From Longimicrobiales bacterium (GTDB taxonomy: Bacteria; Gemmatimonadota; Gemmatimonadetes; Longimicrobiales; Gaopeijiaceae), in the NCBI GenBank assembly GCA_965249725.1, contig CBDFMQ010000001.1:224001-288000 (forward strand): a DNA stretch of 64,000 nt, written 5' to 3'. The number at the start of each line of letters is the position of its first letter. The first letter of the stretch is position 1. The notes beneath the pieces are model-generated. The model ran no database searches, was not told the DNA's origin, and saw only the letters and a list, made by a program, of their open reading frames with translations. A program made the translations under genes and the position numbers. Positions 57,688 through 64,000 of this stretch are shown one piece after another.

Positions 57688-58359
57688 TCAGGCGTTGCGG
57701 TACGACCGGTGGAAGAGCCAAGCGCTGGCGAGGACCGCGACGGTGATCCAGAGGCCCCCCCAAACCACCGTGTGTATCCCGGTCAGGTCGCCCAGCATCG
57801 CAGCGTCGGACTGGAGCTCGGGCCGGTCCAGAATGTCGCTCTTGATATCGAGGATCGCGTAGAGGCAGCTCGTCAATCCCAGCGTGAGCAGCACCCCCTG
57901 ATTGACCGCCGTGGAGAGCTTGGCTGCCCCGATCACGAGCGCGAGACCGAAGGCGATTCCGAATCCGAACCCGAACGTACTTCGGACGTAAGCGAGGGTC
58001 AGGGCGATGACCAGGACCCCGGCGGCTCCGGTGACCCAGCGACTGTTGATGCGCTTGGTCTGTCCCGCCGTGACCAGCAAGCTGCCCCAGGCGAGGCTGC
58101 CGAGGTATCCGGCGGAGAGGGTCGCGAACGCGTTTCCGCCGGGGCAGTAGCACGCACCACCCTGATTGGGGTCGAGGACGATCCGCTCGATCGTCCCGCC
58201 TGTGGCGACCGCCACGACCGCGTGGCTGATCTCGTGCAGCAGCACCACGAATACCTTCAGGGGATATACGGCGGCGGTGTCCCAGAGAAACCAGAGGGCA
58301 CCGAAGTAGGCGGCGAAACCACCCAGGAACGCGAGCTTACGCTTGGTCTGAGCCTTCAT
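57688..58359 (-). CDS. M50B-family membrane metallopeptidase
   Basis: YPLK.FVV.LHE.SH, SAGYLGS, SDA..L. Confidence 0.88.
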   Translation of the reverse strand: MKAQTKRKLAFLGGFAAYFGALWFLWDTAAVYPLKVFVVLLHEISHAVVAVATGGTIERIVLDPNQGGACYCPGGNAFATLSAGYLGSLAWGSLLVTAGQTKRINSRWVTGAAGVLVIALTLAYVRSTFGFGFGIAFGLALVIGAAKLSTAVNQGVLLTLGLTSCLYAILDIKSDILDRPELQSDAAMLGDLTGIHTVVWGGLWITVAVLASAWLFHRSYRNA

Positions 58360-58414
58360 GCGTTCCTTCTACGGCCTGGACCCCTTCAGTGTTTCGCCTG
58401 GGCTACGCGACGGG

Positions 58415-59398
58415 TTACCCGCCGGGCGCAAGGTCGATGGCATAGGCTGCCTCGAATAGCGGCCTCAGCTCAGCGAGTTCGTTGCGGGCAATGGTGGCGC
58501 CCTGAGCCGTCGACCCCAGCGCAGCGCGGGCGACTTCTCCCACCTGAGCAGGGGTCAGATCTGCGGCGAACCCCAGCGCCGTGTTCCAGCGGAGAATGCG
58601 GTCCTCCAACTCGCGTGTGATGGCGACCTGCTCCGCTTCGGGGATCGAGACTCCGAATTCCCGCGCCTGCTCCCGGGAGGCGAGTGCACGGGCTTGGTCC
58701 AGCGACCCCATGAGGTTCGCGACCTCGAGTACCACCGCGGGGCGGGCCTCCTCGAACGGCACGATCTCCCTCCCTTCGAGCCGCAGCACGTGGTACCCGT
58801 ACTGGGTTTCGACCACCGGGCTTATGTCTCCGACTTCGAGGGCCAGCGCCGCGTTCCAGAACTCAGAGACCCAGGATCCTTCACGACCTGGAGTCAGTAG
58901 TCCCTGGCGCCCCTCGGCTCCGGGCTCCTCGGAGAGCTCTGCCGCGACTTCGGGGAAAGGGTCTCCAGCCCCGAGCCTCTCGAGGGCCGCCCCTGCCTTG
59001 CGCTGAGCTTCGGCACGGTGCGAAGGGGTTCTCCACCGTTCAGAGAAGAACAGGACGTGCCGCACCGTCAGTTCTACGGCTGGGTTGGTGAGGTAGTGGG
59101 TCCGGAGTTGGTCGTCGTCGACGTCTCGCTCGCGCAGCATGATCTCGGCGGCCACGTGAGTGAGCAGCGCCTCTTCACTGCTGCGTTCGAGCAGCGGCTC
59201 CAGAACCGACAACGTCTCGCCGCGTGATGTGGCCAGCCCGAATGCGGCGATGGTGGAAAGGTCTATTCGCCGGCTCTCGCTGAGACCGAGGAGATCATTC
59301 TCTGCGAAGTGGACGTCCCCGACGGTCAGGGCCGGAGGATCGTCGGCGCACGCCACGGCCACCATCAGGACCAGGGCCGACCCGGCTCGTCTGTGCAC
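58415..59398 (-). CDS. PpiC/parvulin-type peptidyl-prolyl isomerase lipoprotein
   Basis: VRHVL, F.EVA.E.SE.PG, ISPVVETQYGYHVL; lipobox VAC. Confidence 0.85.
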   Translation of the reverse strand: MHRRAGSALVLMVAVACADDPPALTVGDVHFAENDLLGLSESRRIDLSTIAAFGLATSRGETLSVLEPLLERSSEEALLTHVAAEIMLRERDVDDDQLRTHYLTNPAVELTVRHVLFFSERWRTPSHRAEAQRKAGAALERLGAGDPFPEVAAELSEEPGAEGRQGLLTPGREGSWVSEFWNAALALEVGDISPVVETQYGYHVLRLEGREIVPFEEARPAVVLEVANLMGSLDQARALASREQAREFGVSIPEAEQVAITRELEDRILRWNTALGFAADLTPAQVGEVARAALGSTAQGATIARNELAELRPLFEAAYAIDLAPGG

Positions 59399-59526
59399 GC
59401 TGCCATCCTCCGAATTCGCTGCTCGAACGCCGTCTACCCAAGCGGGCGGTACTTGCCGCGGGGGGAACCTGGCAGACACGTTATCGCTCCCGCGTGTTTC
59501 GAGCACTCCCCAACTGGTGGTGGACC

Positions 59527-59952
59527 GTGACGCCTTCACTCCTCGCGCCGGTGCGGGGCCCTTTCCGGGCCCTGGCAGCCTCCATCGTGCTCGAGGCCGA
59601 CGCCCTCGACGAAGCCGGTTGGCTGAGAGCGGAGGACATCGTCTGCGAGGCGCTCGCCACAAAGCCTGCGTCCATGGTCCGTCAACTGCTGCTCTTCATC
59701 CGCCTCGCCAACTGGCTGGCCTTGGTCCCGTACGGGCGCCCCTTCACCCGCCTCGGCCCTGCATCACGCAGGGCCCACCTCACACGGCTCGAGAACGCCC
59801 CGGTGCTCTTGATCAGAAGGGGGTTCTGGGGCCTGCGCACACTGGTATTCATGGGCTATTACGGCCAGGCCCGGGTGCGTGAGGAGCTGGGCTATCGAGC
59901 GTCGGCGGGAGGGTGGAGCGCCCGGGAGGACCGCCACGAGTCCTCCCCGTGA
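59527..59952 (+). CDS. Small GMC-associated protein (gluconate 2-dehydrogenase subunit 3-like)
   Basis: RPFTRL...R..L, RRGF.GLRTL.FMGYY; overlaps the GMC start; start uncertain. Confidence 0.7.
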   Translation: MTPSLLAPVRGPFRALAASIVLEADALDEAGWLRAEDIVCEALATKPASMVRQLLLFIRLANWLALVPYGRPFTRLGPASRRAHLTRLENAPVLLIRRGFWGLRTLVFMGYYGQARVREELGYRASAGGWSAREDRHESSP

Positions 59953-61447
59953 TCGATCGCCGTTACGATGTCGTCGTGATCGGTTCCGGGGCCGGTGGCG
60001 GAGCCGTGGCGCAAGCGCTCGTGCCGCTCGTCGAGCAGGGCGGTCGGGTTCTCGTGCTGGAGCAGGGCCCCCGCCTGGAGGACCACGAGTTCACCGGAAC
60101 GAACTCGAGATGTCTCCTGCTCTCTACGAGGACGGTGGTGGCTTCCTCACGGCTGACGGGACCATGAGCCTGGCCTTCGGGCGCCTCTATGGGGGCTCGA
60201 CCGTGGTGTATACCGGAACGTCGCTGACCGCGCCCGAGCGCGTGATCCGCGAGTGGGCCGTTCCCGGCCTCGACCACGACGATCTCGTCGAGCGGTCCCG
60301 GCGGTACATGTCGGAGAACAACGTCCACTTGCTCCCGCCAGAAGAGATCAACGAGAACAACCGACTCTTCGTGGAGGGGTGTGAGGCGGTCGGGTACGAA
60401 GCGCACCAGTTCCCCGTGAACGTGAAGGGCTGCCGGGGGTCGAGCCTCTGCAACCTGGGCTGTCCCAACGCCGCGAAGCAGGGCACGAACCGGGTCCAAC
60501 TTCCGGCCGCGGAGCGAGCGGGGGTCGAGGTCGTCACCCGCGCGGAGGCACTGCGCATCGAGGAGTGCTCGGTCGCGGTCCGGGTCTCTGAGAAGCCGGC
60601 GGGCTCGAGCGGACAGCCATCCGAGTGGGCACCGGGTGAGTATCGGGTGGAGGCCGATATGGTCGTCTCAGCCGGAGGGTCCGTCGGGTCGAGCGCCCTA
60701 CTGCTGAGGTCGGGATTCGGTTCCGTACTTCCACGCCTGGGTCACGGGTTCACCTGCCACCCCGCCTTCATCCTCGTCGGTGAGCATCCACGGGAGATCA
60801 CCAACGACGTGGGTCATCCCAAGAGCTACTACGTCGACCAGGCACGCGAAGAAGGGTGGATCCTCGAGACGTGCATGTACTTCCCGTTCGTCACCGCCAA
60901 GAATCTCACCGGCTTCGGTGCCGACCACTCCGCGCTCATGAGGGCGTTTCCGAGGCTCCAGATGATTCTGGTTCTGGCGGCCGACAAAGCCACGGAGGGA
61001 AACCGGATCACGGTGGATGTCCGCGGAAAGGCGGTCGTGCACTACGAGTTCACGGACGACGTCGTGGAGGCGATGACTCAGGCCACTCGAGCCGCCGCAC
61101 GGATCTTCTTCGGCGCGGGAGCGGTGAGGGTACATGCCCCTCCCGCTGACCCACCCCTGATCGGTGTTGACGAAGTCGACCGGATAAACGAACGGATCCA
61201 CGCTCGCCACTTCCTTCCGGGTAAGCTCTCCGTGGCGGCTGCACACCTGATGGGGGGCTGCGGAATGGGCCGTGACTCCTCGGACTCCGTAACGGACTCG
61301 TGGGGGCGCGTGCACGGTTTGCCCTGGCTGCGGGTGGCGGATTCTAGTCTCTTTCCCGACTCGGTCGAGATCAACCCGTACCTGACGGTGATGGCTCTCG
61401 CCGATCGAGTGGCCGAGGGGATTCTGCAAGACCGGAGGATCGGATGA
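59949..61447 (+). CDS. GMC oxidoreductase with a -1 frameshift near 60096
   Basis: YDVVVIGSGAGG in one frame, GGSTVV..C.LGCP..AKQ..AHLMGGC.MG..INP..T..ALA in another; one extra G gives EFTGNELEM. Confidence 0.85.
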
Positions 61448-63192
61448 GCAAGCGGACCGGAGCATCCATGGTGGTGCGTGCTCTCGAGGACGAGCAGATC
61501 GAGTTCGCCTTCGGCATCCCGGGGACACACAACATCGAGCTCTACGACGTGCTCGGGTCTTCGCATACGGTGCGACCCATCCTGGTCACCGACGAGCAGA
61601 GCGCGTCCTTCATGGCGGACGGAGCGTGGCGGGCCTCGGGCCGCATGGCCTGCGTCAACGTCGTGCCCGGCGCCGGCCTGACCCACGCCATGTCGGGAAT
61701 CGCCGAGGCGTTCCTCGACAACGTTCCCATGCTCGTCCTGGGCTGCGGTATCCGTCGGGACTTGGCGAAGGCGTACCAGCTCCACGACGTGGACCAGGCG
61801 GCCATGGTGTCGGCCGTCACGAAGGGTGTGTTTCGTCCCATGACCGGGGACGAGATCTACCCGACCATTCGAGAGGCTTGTCGCCTCGCGCGGTCGGGGG
61901 TGCCGGGCCCGGTATTCGTGGAGGTGCCGGCCAATCTGTATCTGCTCAAGCAAGAGGTCGGAGATGCCGGCTCCCCCGAGCGTTGGACGCCCCCTCCACC
62001 CGAATCCCCTCCGCATCCCACACACGCAGAGGTGCTGCGTGCGCTCGAGTTGATTCGGGACTCCAACTGTCCCCTGATCTATGTAGGCGCCGGGGCGGCC
62101 GGTGCCGCGGAGGAGGTCCTGAAGCTGGCGGAGGCGCTGGAGGCTCCCGTGGCCACCACCATCCAGGGCAAGGGGGTGTTCCCCGAGGACCACCCGCTGT
62201 TTCTGTGGCCCGGTTTCGGGCACACGGCCCCCCGGTTCGTACAACAGGTGGCGGCGGCGTGTGACCTCATGATCGCAGTCGGTTGCCGGTTCAGTGAAGT
62301 CGGCACGGGTAGCTACGGGATCACGATTCCCGGGCCGATGATCCATGTCGATATCGATCCCGAAGTGCCGGGGCGGAATTTTCCCGCGGAGTTGCCCGTT
62401 GTGTCGGACGCTCGAGTTTTTCTCGAGTCGATCCTGGCGGGCCTCAAGGGAGTCGGGCGCCCTCGCTCTCTCGACCTACGGGCTCAGATCGACGAGGGGC
62501 ACGGGGACATCAGGAATGAATGGCAGGCACGGAGCGATGGGCAGCTGGTGAGCCCGCAGTTCCTCCTCACCACGCTCCAGTCCTTGCTGGGCCCGGACAC
62601 CGTCTTCACGACGGACAGTGGCAACGGGACGTTCCTCGCGATGGAGTCGCTCCGTCTACCTAATCCGGGCAAGTTCCTGGCTCCGGTGGACTACTCGTGC
62701 ATGGGATACTCTGTGCCCGCCGCCGTAGGGGCCAAACTGGCGCGTCCCGACTGCCCGGTCGTAGCACTCGCGGGGGACGGGGCCTTTCTGATGACGGGAC
62801 TCGAACTGTTGAGCGCCGCACGGTTGGGCCTGGGCGTGATGGCGTTCGTGCTTCGTGACCGGGAGTTGGCTCAGATCGCTCAGTTCCAGTCCACGGCGAT
62901 GAACCGCAAGGTCGCCAGCGAGCTTCCGGACTACGACCTGGAAGGGCTGGCAAGCGGCATGGGCGTGGACTTCATCGCCCTGTCCAGCGACCAGGGCGTG
63001 AAGAGCGCCGTGGCCGATGCCCGCGACCGTGCCGCCGCGGGCCGACCGGTCATCGTCGACGTGGCCATCGACTACTCCCAGAAGACCCACTTCACTCGTG
63101 GCATCGTCAAGACGAATCTCCACCGACTGCCGCTGCGAGACCGAGTACGGTTCATTGCTCGCGCCCTGGGACGCAAACTCACGCGGAGCTGA
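61444..63192 (+). CDS. Thiamine-pyrophosphate-dependent enzyme (acetolactate-synthase-like)
   Basis: FGIPGTHN, EQSASFMADG, PGPV.VEVP, MGY.VPAA.GA, GDGAFLM. Confidence 0.9.
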   Translation: MSKRTGASMVVRALEDEQIEFAFGIPGTHNIELYDVLGSSHTVRPILVTDEQSASFMADGAWRASGRMACVNVVPGAGLTHAMSGIAEAFLDNVPMLVLGCGIRRDLAKAYQLHDVDQAAMVSAVTKGVFRPMTGDEIYPTIREACRLARSGVPGPVFVEVPANLYLLKQEVGDAGSPERWTPPPPESPPHPTHAEVLRALELIRDSNCPLIYVGAGAAGAAEEVLKLAEALEAPVATTIQGKGVFPEDHPLFLWPGFGHTAPRFVQQVAAACDLMIAVGCRFSEVGTGSYGITIPGPMIHVDIDPEVPGRNFPAELPVVSDARVFLESILAGLKGVGRPRSLDLRAQIDEGHGDIRNEWQARSDGQLVSPQFLLTTLQSLLGPDTVFTTDSGNGTFLAMESLRLPNPGKFLAPVDYSCMGYSVPAAVGAKLARPDCPVVALAGDGAFLMTGLELLSAARLGLGVMAFVLRDRELAQIAQFQSTAMNRKVASELPDYDLEGLASGMGVDFIALSSDQGVKSAVADARDRAAAGRPVIVDVAIDYSQKTHFTRGIVKTNLHRLPLRDRVRFIARALGRKLTRS

Positions 63193-63289
63193 GTCCTCGG
63201 GGGTCCGCCGAAAAGCCTGGCGAGCCGGCGTCGGCTGTTCCTACCTTTAAGATCCCCCTCGGGGTGCGCCGCTCTAGACGGTCCAGGAG

Positions 63290-64000
63290 ATGTCGAGCGT
63301 GCCGATAAGCCGCCTTCAGCGGGTTCTCAAGCTGGTAGCCCCCCACCTACCCGGGGCGGGGTATGCCCTGACGCTGCGAAACCTCGGCGAGCGGTCAGAG
63401 GTCGTTTTCGTCGGCGGGGCCCTCAACTCCCTCACAGGTCGCGACGCGCTCACCTTCGAACAGACCCCCGGACTCTGGGAGGAATGTCTCCATCCCGACG
63501 ATGCCGAGGCGCAGGCCGAGGCGCTCGAGGCGATGGCGGGGGGCGACGGCGGGTCGGTCGAGTATCGGATCATCGACCAGGATCAGGAGGTCCGCTGGCT
63601 TCGCGAGGATCTCTCCGTGCTACCCGGACTGCCCGTACGGGCGCTTGGCGTGGTGCACGACATCACCAGCGATCGCGAGGAGGTGTCCCGACTCGAGGAG
63701 CGTCTGTGGCGTGCCCAGCGGATGGAGTCCCTGGGTGCCTTGATGGGCGGCGTCGCCAATGACTTCAGTGACCTGCTGAATACGATCCTCGCTACCGCGC
63801 CCTTGGTGGCAGAGGAGGAGGGACTCTCCGGGGTGAGCCGGGCGAACCTCAGGATCGTAGAGGGGGCTGCCGCACGCGGCTCCGCCCTGGTGAAGCAGAT
63901 TCTCGAGTTCTCGACGCGTCAGAGGGAGGGGGTCGGAGCGGCGCACGTCTCCACCGTGGCGCGGGGCCTGGAGCCCATTCTGGTTCGGATGCTCGGTCAG
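63290..64000 (+). CDS. PAS-domain sensor histidine-kinase-like protein, partial (runs off the window)
   Basis: AGGAG SD, ATG at 63290; WEECLHPDD, EYRI, AQRMESLG.L.GGVANDF. Confidence 0.8.
   Translation, partial: MSSVPISRLQRVLKLVAPHLPGAGYALTLRNLGERSEVVFVGGALNSLTGRDALTFEQTPGLWEECLHPDDAEAQAEALEAMAGGDGGSVEYRIIDQDQEVRWLREDLSVLPGLPVRALGVVHDITSDREEVSRLEERLWRAQRMESLGALMGGVANDFSDLLNTILATAPLVAEEEGLSGVSRANLRIVEGAAARGSALVKQILEFSTRQREGVGAAHVSTVARGLEPILVRMLGQ

Noticed and set aside
60090..60112. GMC oxidoreductase as a true pseudogene
   Set aside because: Single-base loss with otherwise intact motifs and operon coupling; likely an assembly artefact
1..64000. Many long antisense or overlapping ORFs in the track; CRISPR, tRNA and rRNA
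   Set aside because: Shadow ORFs are expected at high GC and lack motifs; no repeat-spacer array or structural RNA gene was recognised

Overview
GC-rich bacterial chromosomal window. The Ser/Thr-kinase-TPR proteins, PadR, ASPIC/FG-GAP and DUF3095 content suggest Gemmatimonadota or Acidobacteriota, but this is inference only. It carries about 64 CDS: housekeeping and metabolic genes (menF-D-B-A-E, tyrS, purE, greA-like, pheA, mmuM, lutABC), two cold-shock genes, a tandem Ser/Thr kinase locus, a DUF222/HNH gene, and a small cassette-like island (phosphotransferase, 5'-truncated higB, higA) with attC-like remnants. No rRNA, tRNA or CRISPR array was seen. Best leads: (1) a multi-hairpin 5' leader shared by both csp paralogues; (2) a stand-alone ~290-nt transcription unit at 57.3-57.6 kb with a perfect extended Shine-Dalgarno and only a 20-codon ORF; (3) a SARP/BTAD-kinase, receptor-like kinase and Cys-rich secreted protein triad; (4) a phosphonatase-like HAD, APC permease and class IV aminotransferase operon; (5) an integrase-less attC-like island; (6) recurrent 12-nt in-frame tandem duplications. 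Two single-G frameshifts are probably sequencing errors. All functional calls come from motif recognition by eye; no searches were run.
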